A stretch of 35,639 nt of DNA from Limisphaerales bacterium (GTDB taxonomy: Bacteria > Verrucomicrobiota > Verrucomicrobiia > Limisphaerales > SIBE01). The position numbers and the translations under genes are program-made. The first letter of the stretch is position 1. Each line of letters begins with the position of its first letter. The stretch spans positions 1-35,639 of the forward strand of contig JBGAIN010000081.1 in assembly GCA_044225505.1 (NCBI GenBank), in the 5' to 3' direction. The notes beneath the pieces were generated by a model. It was not told the origin of the DNA, did no database searches, and saw only the letters and a program-made list of their open reading frames with translations. Shown here one piece after another: positions 9,638-18,128 of the stretch.

Positions 9638-12522
9638 ATTTTCAGTTCACCCATTCTGCGTGGCTGTGGGCGCTGCCGGTGGCGGTTGGCTGGGTGGTGT
9701 GGCTGACCTGGAAGTCAGACGTCCAAGTGAGTCCTTGGCGGCGTTGGACGGCTCTCGGTATTCGGTTAATCGGCATTGTGGCTGTCATCCTGGCACTCGC
9801 TGGGATCCAATGGCAGCGGCCTTTGGAAGGGATGAATGTTTTCTTTCTGCTGGATCGATCGGATAGCATCCCATCGGCACAGCAGGAACTCGCGCGTGAC
9901 TACGTCAACCGCGCGTTCGCCATGCGCAAGAGCGTCGATCAGGCGGGCGTTCTTGTCTTCGGGACGGACGCCAGCCTGGAGTCGTCCATCAACCCGATTG
10001 TCAATTTGGAGAAGATTCACGCGGTCGTAGGGACGGAGCGGACCGATCTGGCAGGGGCGGTGCGTTTGGGCACAGCGGCCTTTCCCGAAACTGGTCAGAA
10101 ACGGTTGGTCGTGTTGTCCGACGGGAACGAGAATATTGGCGATGCGCTCGGCGCAGTTCTCGCCGCCAAACCGCTCGGGGTGACCGTCGATGTGCTCCCG
10201 CTCGGGGCTATGCGAGGCGCTGATGTATCCGTGCAAAAGCTGGGGTTGCCCAGCGCGATCAAGAAAGGCCAGACCTTCGACGTCAAGATCTTTGCCCAAG
10301 CGGACAAAGCGCAACCGGCCACCGTACGTCTCTACCGAAATGACCAATTGCTTGGCGAGCAGAAGGTCGAACTCACGGCCGGCAAAAACCTGTTCACGTT
10401 TCCCCAAACCCTGACAGATTCCGGCTTCTACAGTTACGACGTGGCTTTGGAGGGGACAGAGGACCAGGTGGCGCAGAACAACCGCGCGACCAGCTTTACG
10501 AGTGTTCGGGGCGATCCGGCTGTCTTAATCGTTTCGTCGGATCCGGCAGCAGATGCTACTTTAGCCGAAGCACTAAGGTCGGCGAACGTTCAGGTGCGAG
10601 TGACCGAGATGAATGGCTTTCCCGCCAGCTTGGCGCAGATGCAAAGTTACGATGCCATTTTCTTAAGCAATATTGCGGCCGGGGATTTGGGTCGCGACCT
10701 GATGAAGCTGCTGGAGAGTGCGGTTCGGGACTTTGGCGTGGGGTTGGTCTGCATTGGGGGCGATCAGACCTATGCCGCGGGCGGTTATCGGGACACGCCG
10801 CTCGAAACGACGTTGCCCGTCGACATGGAGCTCAGCAGCAAGAAGGTACTTCCGAGCGGTGCGCTGGCTCTCATTATGCATGGCATGGAGTTTAACAATG
10901 GCAATCAAGTCGCCCGGGAAATCGCCATCGCCGCATTGGACGCGCTCGGACCTCAAGATCAAATCGGAGTTCTGCTCTGGGATGGGACGGAACGCTGGCT
11001 CTTTCCCATGACCCGAAAAGGCGACGGCAGGGATCTCGGTCGCAAGATAGCGGGAATGAATCAGGGAGATTTGCCCAGTTTCCAAGGCCTCATGGAGATG
11101 GCCCACGAAGGATTGAAGAAATCATCGGCCAATCTGAAACATGTCATCGTCTTTAGCGACGGGGATCCGGGCGCGCCATCCGCGGATCTCATGGAAGCGA
11201 TGGTGAAAGATCGGATTACGGTCAGCACAGTCCTGATCTCAGGCCATGCAGGCCCGCAGACGATGATCTCGATTGCTGGCCAGGGCCATGGTCGTTTTTA
11301 CGACGTTTCATCACCGAATGAGTTACCGCAGATCTTCATCAAGGAAGCGGCCGTCATTTTGAAGTCGGCTATTTTCGAGGAGCCGTTCAAACCGCAACTG
11401 ACTGCTCCAACGGAATTGGTTCGAGGAATCGGTGGGCAGGAATATCCTCGCCTCCTAGGGTACGTCGCGACAACAGCCAAACCTCGTGCGGAGGTCCCGT
11501 TGGTCTCAGAAAAGGGAGATCCGATCCTGGCTCATTGGCAATATGGCCTGGGTCGATCTGTGGCATTCACTTCCGACGCCAAAGCAAAGTGGGCTCGCGA
11601 CTGGGTCGGTTGGGATAAGTATAAGCAATTTTGGGCGCAAGTTGCTAAGTGGAGCTTGCGTCGGGTCGATAATGCGGACTTCTCCACGGACGTGTCTGTC
11701 GAGAAGGGGCAAGGCCAGATCAGCGTTGAAGCCCTGGATGAAAAGGGGAACTTCCGCAACTTCTTGAATTTGCAGGCGGTCGTCGTCAGCCCGAAGGGAG
11801 ATCGTCAAACCGTCCAGCTGGATCAGACTGGCCCGGGTCACTACGAGGCTCGCTTTCCCACCAAGCACGTCGGTGCCTACTTGGTGAACCTCATGGACAT
11901 GAAAGACGGTCAGATCCGAGGCTCTCAAGTGCTGGGGGCGAGTGTTAATTATTCGCCCGAATTCAATGCGACAGAGCCTAATCTTAATCTGCTTCACCGT
12001 CTGGCGGAAAGCGGCGGTGGGAAGGTGCTGGATCCCAGAAATGTCGCGGATAGTCCATTTCTTCACGATCGACAGAAAACATTTCAACCCCGTGATCTTT
12101 GGCAATGGTTGTTGCGAATCGCGCTGGTCCTGTTCCCTCTCGATGTGGGCATACGCCGAATTCAGCTCGACTCCGAGGAATTGCGACGCGCCGCACAGTG
12201 GCTGCGGCGCTGGATCTTATTTTGGAAAGGAGTTCCTCGACCTCAACAGGCGGATGAGTCCCTGGCGGCATTGCTGGCGCGCCGCGATCACGTTCGGTCC
12301 AGCCAGACAACGCCTCCCATCACGCCGGCGGCTGATTTGTTCCGCCCCGAGAACCCATCCGCCCCGGTGTTCTCGGAAACTGTCCCAGGGATCGTCTCGA
12401 AAGAGAAGCCCGCGGCTGAGCCGGCCCCACCGGAGCCCGCGCCTCCGGCGGATCGGACCGCGACGACGAGCAAGTTGCTTGAAGCCAAACGACGGGCTCA
12501 GCGGTCGAGTGATAAGCGATGA
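9634..12522 (+). CDS. Membrane protein with two vWA domains and an interrupted class I glutamine amidotransferase-like domain
   Basis: ATGA overlap with the upstream gene. N-terminal TM helices, MIDAS LLDRSDS, VVLSDGNEN, YDAIFLSNI...GVGLVCIGG...YAAGGY...LETTLPV, second vWA with HVIVFSDGD, WQYGLGRSVAFTSD, C-terminal TM helix and Pro-rich tail. Confidence 0.87.
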   Translation: MNFQFTHSAWLWALPVAVGWVVWLTWKSDVQVSPWRRWTALGIRLIGIVAVILALAGIQWQRPLEGMNVFFLLDRSDSIPSAQQELARDYVNRAFAMRKSVDQAGVLVFGTDASLESSINPIVNLEKIHAVVGTERTDLAGAVRLGTAAFPETGQKRLVVLSDGNENIGDALGAVLAAKPLGVTVDVLPLGAMRGADVSVQKLGLPSAIKKGQTFDVKIFAQADKAQPATVRLYRNDQLLGEQKVELTAGKNLFTFPQTLTDSGFYSYDVALEGTEDQVAQNNRATSFTSVRGDPAVLIVSSDPAADATLAEALRSANVQVRVTEMNGFPASLAQMQSYDAIFLSNIAAGDLGRDLMKLLESAVRDFGVGLVCIGGDQTYAAGGYRDTPLETTLPVDMELSSKKVLPSGALALIMHGMEFNNGNQVAREIAIAALDALGPQDQIGVLLWDGTERWLFPMTRKGDGRDLGRKIAGMNQGDLPSFQGLMEMAHEGLKKSSANLKHVIVFSDGDPGAPSADLMEAMVKDRITVSTVLISGHAGPQTMISIAGQGHGRFYDVSSPNELPQIFIKEAAVILKSAIFEEPFKPQLTAPTELVRGIGGQEYPRLLGYVATTAKPRAEVPLVSEKGDPILAHWQYGLGRSVAFTSDAKAKWARDWVGWDKYKQFWAQVAKWSLRRVDNADFSTDVSVEKGQGQISVEALDEKGNFRNFLNLQAVVVSPKGDRQTVQLDQTGPGHYEARFPTKHVGAYLVNLMDMKDGQIRGSQVLGASVNYSPEFNATEPNLNLLHRLAESGGGKVLDPRNVADSPFLHDRQKTFQPRDLWQWLLRIALVLFPLDVGIRRIQLDSEELRRAAQWLRRWILFWKGVPRPQQADESLAALLARRDHVRSSQTTPPITPAADLFRPENPSAPVFSETVPGIVSKEKPAAEPAPPEPAPPADRTATTSKLLEAKRRAQRSSDKR

Positions 12523-12617
12523 ACGGCGAATGGGCGGGAGAGCGTTTCGGATTACGAACCGGACCTCGGTTTGCGTTCTGGGTCCAAGGCGTTTAAGTCG
12601 AAGCGAACGAGGTTGGC

Positions 12618-13139
12618 CTATTCTTTGACCGCGGCGGACGTGTGATCATGCACGATGCGCCATCCTTCTTTCGTATTTCTGAATAGCAAAGTGAATAAAC
12701 CCGATGGCTTGGATGCGCCCTTGTCCAGTTGCCAGCGTCCGAAGGCGAGTGCTGCGTCCGTCGAGAGCGGAGTGACTTCCACCTGGCTAAACACGAGACG
12801 CCCCATGGATTGACGGTCAGGGTATTTCTTTTTGTAACGCTCCAGCACCGATCTCCAACCCAACGAGACGTCACTCCCCGAAGCAAACCGCGTCGTCTCA
12901 GTTTGGGCATAACCGCGCATGAACTTCTCCACCTGTCCTTCATTCCAGTCTCGAACTTGCTGATCGAGAATGGTTCGGACGATAATCTCAATCGTCTCGG
13001 CATCGAGTTTTGCCGTGGAGGGTTTGCACCCGATCAACGCGCACGCCACGAACGTCGCGGCGACGACAACCAATCTCCGAATTCCAAAGAACCCGCGGGT
13101 GTGAGGTGCGAGTCCGATGTGTGCACACTTCAAGTTCAT
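12618..13139 (-). CDS. NTF2-like (DUF4440/YybH-type) exported protein, possibly a lipoprotein
   Basis: QVRDWNEGQVEKFMRGY, GLFTLLF...GWRIVHDHTS; hydrophobic stretch ending LIGC. Start uncertain. Confidence 0.82.
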   Translation of the reverse strand: MNLKCAHIGLAPHTRGFFGIRRLVVVAATFVACALIGCKPSTAKLDAETIEIIVRTILDQQVRDWNEGQVEKFMRGYAQTETTRFASGSDVSLGWRSVLERYKKKYPDRQSMGRLVFSQVEVTPLSTDAALAFGRWQLDKGASKPSGLFTLLFRNTKEGWRIVHDHTSAAVKE

Positions 13140-13208
13140 AGCGCCGACAGTCTATCAACGGGGTGATCAACGACAATGCCGCTGCAATAAGCCATCGTCG
13201 CTGACAGT

Positions 13209-14096
13209 TCAGTTTGCAGGTGATTTCGCAAAGTTGCGCTCGCGCAGCCAGAAGAGGCAATCCGCAGCCCAAGGATGCGCGTGGGCGAAAGGAGGCTTGT
13301 CCGCAAGCCCGATCCCATGCGAACCCCGTTCGTAGATGTGCAATGCGAAGGGAACGCCAGCTTTCCGAAGGGCCGACGCGAACAGAAGGCTGTTCTCCAC
13401 TGGAACCGCACTGTCTTCGGCAGTGTGCCAAAGAAAGGTCGGCGGAGTGTTGGAAGAAACTTGAAGTTCGTTCGACAGCAGCTTCACGAGTTCGGGGGAA
13501 GGAGATTCGCCCAGCAGATTCTTTTTTGATCCTTGGTGGGTGAGGGGACCGAGAGTAATGACCGGATAGCAAAGAATGCCCAAATTCGGCCGTGAGCTTT
13601 GGCGTTCAATTTCGTCGTCAGCTGTGGGTGTGCCTGAATCGAAGTGCGTCAGCAAGGTGGCCGCGAGATGTCCGCCTGCGGAGGAACCCATGATGCCGAC
13701 TCGGTTGGGATCAACCTGCCACTCGGTATGTTTCGAACGGACCAGTCGCACCGCTCGCGCGGCGTCTTCGAGCATCGAGGGATGACGATACGCGTTTGAG
13801 CCAAGGCGATACTTAAGCACGAAGGCGGCTACCCCTTGCCCATTCAACCATAAGGCATAGTCCCTTCCTTCGTGAGAAGCCAGATGTCCGTAGCCGCCAC
13901 CAGGGCAAATGACGATCGCGGCACCGGTGGCTTGCTCCGAGTTCGGCAAGTACGGGGTTAACGTCGGGATATCTTTTTCGGTGTCTCCCAGAGCACCCGG
14001 GGCTGGCCCAGACCAAAGCCGCAACGGTTCCTGCGCTGCTGCTCCTGGTTGCACGAGGTGAACGAACATAAGCAGCAAGCAAAAGAGGGACTTCAT
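13209..14096 (-). CDS. Secreted alpha/beta hydrolase (carbohydrate esterase / acetylxylan-esterase-like)
   Basis: Signal peptide, IVICPGGGY, nucleophile GSSAGGHLA, FLWHTAED (Asp), GSHGIG (His). Confidence 0.9.
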   Translation of the reverse strand: MKSLFCLLLMFVHLVQPGAAAQEPLRLWSGPAPGALGDTEKDIPTLTPYLPNSEQATGAAIVICPGGGYGHLASHEGRDYALWLNGQGVAAFVLKYRLGSNAYRHPSMLEDAARAVRLVRSKHTEWQVDPNRVGIMGSSAGGHLAATLLTHFDSGTPTADDEIERQSSRPNLGILCYPVITLGPLTHQGSKKNLLGESPSPELVKLLSNELQVSSNTPPTFLWHTAEDSAVPVENSLLFASALRKAGVPFALHIYERGSHGIGLADKPPFAHAHPWAADCLFWLRERNFAKSPAN

Positions 14097-14100
14097 ATTC

Positions 14101-14808
14101 TTACGTGCGCGAGTTTTTGGATCGGAACCATTGTTCCAGTTTTCCGAGCGCCTGGGCGCGGTGACTAATTCGATTCTTTACCTCCTGACCAAGTTCCGCG
14201 AACGACTCGCGATATCCTGTTGGAATGAATAGGGGATCGTAGCCGAATCCACTCGCGCCTCGAGGGATAAACTGGATGAGCCCTTCGCATGTGCCTTCAA
14301 ATACCTGAGTTTGACTGTTAGCATCTGGGCCCGAAGCGCCGCTCGCACACATCGGGAGCGGTGTTTCGATTACCGGACGGAGGGCGAGGCTGCAACGGAA
14401 GCGTGCGGTTCGAGCTTCGAGCGGAACCTTTTCCAGCAACTTGAGCAGTTTCTCGTTGTTGGCAGCGTCCGTTGCGTTACCCGCAGTCGCGCTTTCCGCC
14501 GCAAACCGGGCGGAATGAACTCCAGGTGCGCCATGCAACGCATCCACTTCCAGCCCGGAATCGTCCGCCAGGCAGAAGCTTGGAGTCAAATCGGGAAGAC
14601 AGGCAGATTCGGCGGTCTGTCCGTGCAGCCAGTGAGCCAGCACCTCGGATTTCTTGACTGCGTTCCCGGCAAACGTTGGGCGATCCTCTACGATGGCCGG
14701 AGCGTCGGGAATGTCGCGCAGAGTCAGATACTCAAAATCCAATCCTAAAAAAGCCTTGATCTCCTCGACTTTGTGCAGATTCCGGGTGGCAATAATCAGA
14801 GCTATCAT
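14101..14808 (-). CDS. rdgB: Non-canonical purine NTP pyrophosphatase (RdgB/HAM1)
   Basis: Start MIALIIATRNLHKVEEI at 14808; ADDSGLEVDALHGAPGVHSARFA, GFGYDPLF, KNRISHR. Confidence 0.94.
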   Translation of the reverse strand: MIALIIATRNLHKVEEIKAFLGLDFEYLTLRDIPDAPAIVEDRPTFAGNAVKKSEVLAHWLHGQTAESACLPDLTPSFCLADDSGLEVDALHGAPGVHSARFAAESATAGNATDAANNEKLLKLLEKVPLEARTARFRCSLALRPVIETPLPMCASGASGPDANSQTQVFEGTCEGLIQFIPRGASGFGYDPLFIPTGYRESFAELGQEVKNRISHRAQALGKLEQWFRSKNSRT

Positions 14809-14852
14809 GGGAAGACGTCGACCGTGTGGATGATCTCGGCACTGCGCCTCAG

Positions 14853-15743
14853 TTACTTCTTGGGCGTTAAATGCTGGTCCAGCCACTCGGCGCAGATGGC
14901 GATGTCCGCCTCGATTCCAGGCCAGCCATGCAATTTGCCTTCACGCACGATGAGTTTGGCGACGGCGCCTGCATTCTGAGCGGCCTCGACAAATGATTGA
15001 GCCTGCTGAATCGGCACAAGCTTGTCGGCGTCCCCGTGAAAGATCAGGGTCGGGGCGGAGTTAGAGCTGACAAAGTAGATGGGCGAAATCTCTTTTCCAA
15101 GAGCTTGCCGGCCCTCAGGGGTGTCGCTGCGCGGACCAAAGGCAGGCTTGAAATCCTTAAGAATGCCCACTCCAACGGCGTCTTCCCCAGGTTGCCCATA
15201 GTTCAAGAAATCTGTTGGTGGGAAAAAGCAGGCGACGGCTTGGACCTTGCTCGACTCCCGATCCACGGGATCTTTCGCTTTCGGATCTCCGGGCGATCCT
15301 TGCGTCCCCATCGTCAATGAGAGATGTCCGCCTGCGCTCGCGCCTAATATTCCGAAGCGATTTGAGTCGACGCCATAGTCTGAAGCATGGTGCCGGATAA
15401 ACCGGACGGCGCGGTGGATATCCTGCACGACTTCTGTGACGGTGAACTTCGGCTGGGATCCGTGCACGACAGCGAACACGGTGTAACCGTGTTGCAGGAG
15501 AGGCTTAAAAAACGCTCCGTTGATCGCGTCGTGGCTGGAATACCAACCGCCACTTACCATGAATAGTGCCGCGGCGCCGTTGGGGTGCTCCGGCTGAAAC
15601 ACGTCCAGCGTCAGCGCCGTGCCGAATTTTCGGCCATAGATGACATCTTGAATGCGCTTGGACGGGACGGCATCGTCCGCGTTACACCAAAAGGAGGTGC
15701 ACATGGCGGACACCACAACAAGAACAGCAAAGAGGTTTTTCAT
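14853..15743 (-). CDS. Secreted alpha/beta hydrolase (esterase/lipase)
   Basis: Signal peptide, LDVFQP, MVSGGW, GASAGGHL, LIFHGDADKLVP, GKLHGW. Confidence 0.9.
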   Translation of the reverse strand: MKNLFAVLVVVSAMCTSFWCNADDAVPSKRIQDVIYGRKFGTALTLDVFQPEHPNGAAALFMVSGGWYSSHDAINGAFFKPLLQHGYTVFAVVHGSQPKFTVTEVVQDIHRAVRFIRHHASDYGVDSNRFGILGASAGGHLSLTMGTQGSPGDPKAKDPVDRESSKVQAVACFFPPTDFLNYGQPGEDAVGVGILKDFKPAFGPRSDTPEGRQALGKEISPIYFVSSNSAPTLIFHGDADKLVPIQQAQSFVEAAQNAGAVAKLIVREGKLHGWPGIEADIAICAEWLDQHLTPKK

Positions 15744-15887
15744 CGCGTAGGCAGAACTTAGCGTCAGAGTCTACGGTGGGTCACACCTTGGTCGCCAGCA
15801 TGAAATGTCAGGGTGAGGTGCGCCCAGTTGCGCCAAGCGCTGCCCAATCAGCGGCCGGACAACCTCTACTCACTTCACCAGGGGCGA

Positions 15888-15909
15888 GTTGGTGACAATT
15901 GTCGCCAAC
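15888..15909. promoter_or_regulatory. 22-bp near-perfect palindrome, candidate operator
   Basis: GTTGGTGACAATTGTCGCCAAC is self-complementary except for one mismatched pair; about 145 bp upstream of the 15743 start. Confidence 0.4.
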
Positions 15910-16033
15910 GTCTCACGAATTGGGGCCGGACCGTTCCCAAAACGGCCAGGCAACCGCGATTTGTCTCACACTCTGTCAACAATTTGCGGACAGCGACGCC
16001 GGAGCCATCCCCCAGAACGATTTTCCTTCGCCT

Positions 16034-16099
16034 CAGACAGCCTCCAGATAGCCTGTAAACAGCTTGCTCACAGCCTCGCGACGCTGTGATCAGGCTGTC
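16034..16099. repeat. Four tandem 11-bp degenerate direct repeats plus two inverted partial copies
   Basis: CAGACAGCCTC / CAGATAGCCTG / TAAACAGCTTG / CTCACAGCCTC (16034-16077); inverted cores GCTGTGA (16083-16089) and AGGCTGTC (16092-16099). Confidence 0.55.
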
Positions 16100-16213
16100 A
16101 GGGCGCCGTGACCAGCGAGCGACCGGACGACCGAGGGCGGATTCAGGCGGCGATACAAGTGGCGCGATCGCATCCGGTGTTACAAGCGGATTTGGAAGGA
16201 ATCTTAGTTCTTG

Positions 16214-16254
16214 CGCGCCAGCCGCTTGGAGTGCAGCGGCGCTCCGCCGATTTT
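16214..16254. repeat. Single REP-like unit
   Basis: CGCGCCAGCCGCTTGGAGTGCAGCGGCGCTCCGCCGATTTT resembles the GGAGTGC...CCGCTTT-type extragenic repeats I recall from PVC genomes. Only one copy in the window. Confidence 0.3.
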
Positions 16255-16510
16255 GTATCCAGGTGAGTATTTAACCAAAGATTTCGGCCGAGACCTCGCC
16301 CTTACGGGATAGCTTAGATCGAAGTGACGCAAGTTTCCGCACCTTGCTGTGGTCCGACGAGAAAAAAGAAGAAAATGCCTGCTCTAAGGAACCAGCCGAA
16401 ATGGTCGACCGAGTGACTGGAAGCCTTGTCGGTTCTGATCTAGGGACGCTGAAGTTTGCATGTGCCCCGCACTAAGTGGTTTGAATCTGAACTTCTCGTT
16501 TGGTAATAAA

Positions 16511-16541
16511 CGAACCGGTTTGTATGATCAAGTGTTAGCGC
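16511..16541 (+). mobile_element. Candidate integron attI-like site (5' boundary of the first cassette)
   Basis: GTTAGCGC at 16534-16541 is the exact reverse complement of GCGCTAAC at 16711-16718. It is preceded by an AT-rich, non-hairpin segment. Confidence 0.5.
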
Positions 16542-16588
16542 AAAACGGATTGAGGTTGGCGTCGGAATCGAGATCGAAAGGATGCGGC

Positions 16589-16717
16589 ATGGGCTTTGGT
16601 CATGAGCGGTTGGATGTGAACTACGCTGCCATTGGCGACGTGAGAAGGGTCTATCCAGGAACGATACCGATACCGATAGCGACCCCGACTTCGACCTCAG
16701 CCGGAAATGAGCGCTAA
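16589..16717 (+). pseudogene. Internally deleted four-helix-bundle (23S rRNA IVS-protein family) cassette gene
   Basis: MGFGHERLDV..AAI resembles the family N-terminus (F.HE.LDVY..AI). Only 42 codons; the stop TAA lies inside the attC R'' box; 6-bp-period CGAT/ATCG repeats on both sides. Confidence 0.6.
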
Positions 16718-16804
16718 CAAATCACCCCAGCGGATGTCGGGAGAGCGTTGAGGTTGCAGAGTGAGCGGCCCTTGGGCCGGCACCGCTCAGTTCCGTCGTT
16801 GGGC
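16711..16804 (+). mobile_element. Integron attC recombination site
   Basis: R'' GCGCTAAC and R' GTTGGGC (GTTRRRY, 16798-16804). Inner arms AGCGGATGTCGG and CCGGCACCGCT pair with an extra-helical base. About 94 bp; lies between a stop codon and an ATG 10 bp downstream. Confidence 0.75.
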
Positions 16805-16814
16805 CATATCATCT

Positions 16815-17744
16815 ATGCGAACATTCCTCCCCATTGCGTTAGCGGCCGGCCTTTTCACTCTCAACACCCAGGGCCTCCGCTCCGAAGAGCAAACGAACGC
16901 GACAGTGTCCATTCCCATCGGGAAATTGGCATTTGTGAAAAGTGCCAATTTCGGCAGTGCCGGGAGTATCTATGTCATGGCCGGTCGGCACCGGACCCCG
17001 ACGCTCGCTTTCAAAACGAGGGAACTGGAGTTTTTGCCAGATGGAAATCGGATCATCTATTGCACCCGTGATTCCGAAGCGCAGGGAGTTTACATTTACG
17101 ACATAAAGCAACACACCAACACGCCCTTGCTGACGAAAATCGCGGACGCACAAGCCCCATCCTGGTCGCCGGATGGGACCAAGGTTGCCTTCGTATTGTA
17201 TCCAGAGGGGCGGAAGAGTTCCCAAATCTTTACCGCGAACGTGGATGGATCAAATGTGAAGCAGTTGACCAAGGGCCAGTATTACAATTGGACGCCGCGT
17301 TGGTCGCCCGACAGCAAGCAATTGGTATTCGAGACCACTCGCAATGACAACCCCGATAGCCCGATGGAAAGTGGCGGACATCGGGATATCTATGTGATGG
17401 ATGGTGATGGACAGAATCAAACCAATCTTACGCGAGGCGCTTACGGCCATCATCCATCGTGGTCACCAGATGGAAAGTTCATCGCGTATATGGCGCGGGG
17501 GGGCATATGGGTCATGATGGCCGACGGCTCCGCCAAGAAAAACATCAGTCACGGAACAACCCGCGATTCGGAACCTGCATGGTCGCCGGACGGCCAGTTT
17601 ATTGCATTTACAAGAACGGCGAACAGACCGCCCGGTCCGGAAACGATGGATATTTGGATTATGAAAAGCGATGGGAGCGAACAACAGCAGGTCACGTTTA
17701 ACAGAATCAATTCCGCATCCTTCTCTCCCAGTTGGTCCAGGTAA
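16815..17744 (+). CDS. Secreted TolB-like (PD40 repeat) beta-propeller protein, cassette-borne
   Basis: Signal peptide MRTFLPIALAAGL; repeats PSWSPDG, PRWSPDS, PSWSPDG, PAWSPDG, PSWS. ATG 16815 chosen because the upstream in-frame part lies within attC. Confidence 0.9.
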   Translation: MRTFLPIALAAGLFTLNTQGLRSEEQTNATVSIPIGKLAFVKSANFGSAGSIYVMAGRHRTPTLAFKTRELEFLPDGNRIIYCTRDSEAQGVYIYDIKQHTNTPLLTKIADAQAPSWSPDGTKVAFVLYPEGRKSSQIFTANVDGSNVKQLTKGQYYNWTPRWSPDSKQLVFETTRNDNPDSPMESGGHRDIYVMDGDGQNQTNLTRGAYGHHPSWSPDGKFIAYMARGGIWVMMADGSAKKNISHGTTRDSEPAWSPDGQFIAFTRTANRPPGPETMDIWIMKSDGSEQQQVTFNRINSASFSPSWSR

Positions 17745-17899
17745 TCAGGCGCCGATTCCTTTGGCCAGCGGAGCAGGACTGGGCGCCTGCGGTCGCTTGC
17801 TACGAGCGAGCAGTTCCGGGCCTTGGAAAGTATTTCGTGGACGAAGCTGAGCGGGCCGTGCCCCGGATCCTGCAGCAGCCCGAAGCTTGGGCCATGCTT
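17744..17899 (+). pseudogene. N-terminal remnant of a RelE/ParE-family toxin
   Basis: RFLWPAEQDWAPAVACYERAVPGLGKYFVDEAERAVPRILQQPEAW fits the F.P.AE.E..EA..YYE....GLG..F..EVE.....I...P..W pattern. No good start, C-terminal half missing, no antitoxin. Confidence 0.65.
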
Positions 17900-18006
17900 C
17901 GACCTTCCTCAATTCCGGTCAAACAATTCTTTTGGCCTCAGGTCAAGAGCTTTGTACCGAAACAGGTCACGAGGTGTTTCGCTATGACTTTCCGGAACGT
18001 ACTGAT

Positions 18007-18097
18007 GCCTAACACAGACGCTAGACCGAATGTCGAGGGGGTCGGTCGTTGGCATGTTCGAAGCCGGACGCCGTAGCTTTGTGCAGACGAGTCATCG
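18007..18097 (+). mobile_element. Degenerate attC site
   Basis: R'' GCCTAAC (RYYYAAC), one mismatch from the complement of GTTGGGC at 16798, followed by an L''-like GCTAGACCGA. Right arm and R' are not cleanly recognisable, so the end coordinate is approximate. Confidence 0.45.
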
Positions 18098-18128
18098 AAA
18101 ACAATGGAGAATGGAAATCGCGAATCCT

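Noticed and set aside
16034..16077. Tandem repeats as a CRISPR array
   Set aside because: Units are 11 bp, degenerate and abutting, with no spacers and no cas genes
15750..16500. Possible integron integrase upstream of the attI-like site; short ORFs 15813-16058, 15889-16089 and 16086-16274
   Set aside because: No tyrosine-recombinase motifs (HxLRH, SPLD-type C-terminus) recognised and no long ORF. The short ORFs overlap repeats and look non-coding.
17732..18076. 114-aa ORF as an intact gene
   Set aside because: Starts inside the TolB-like gene, only its first half looks toxin-like, and its tail runs through the degenerate attC
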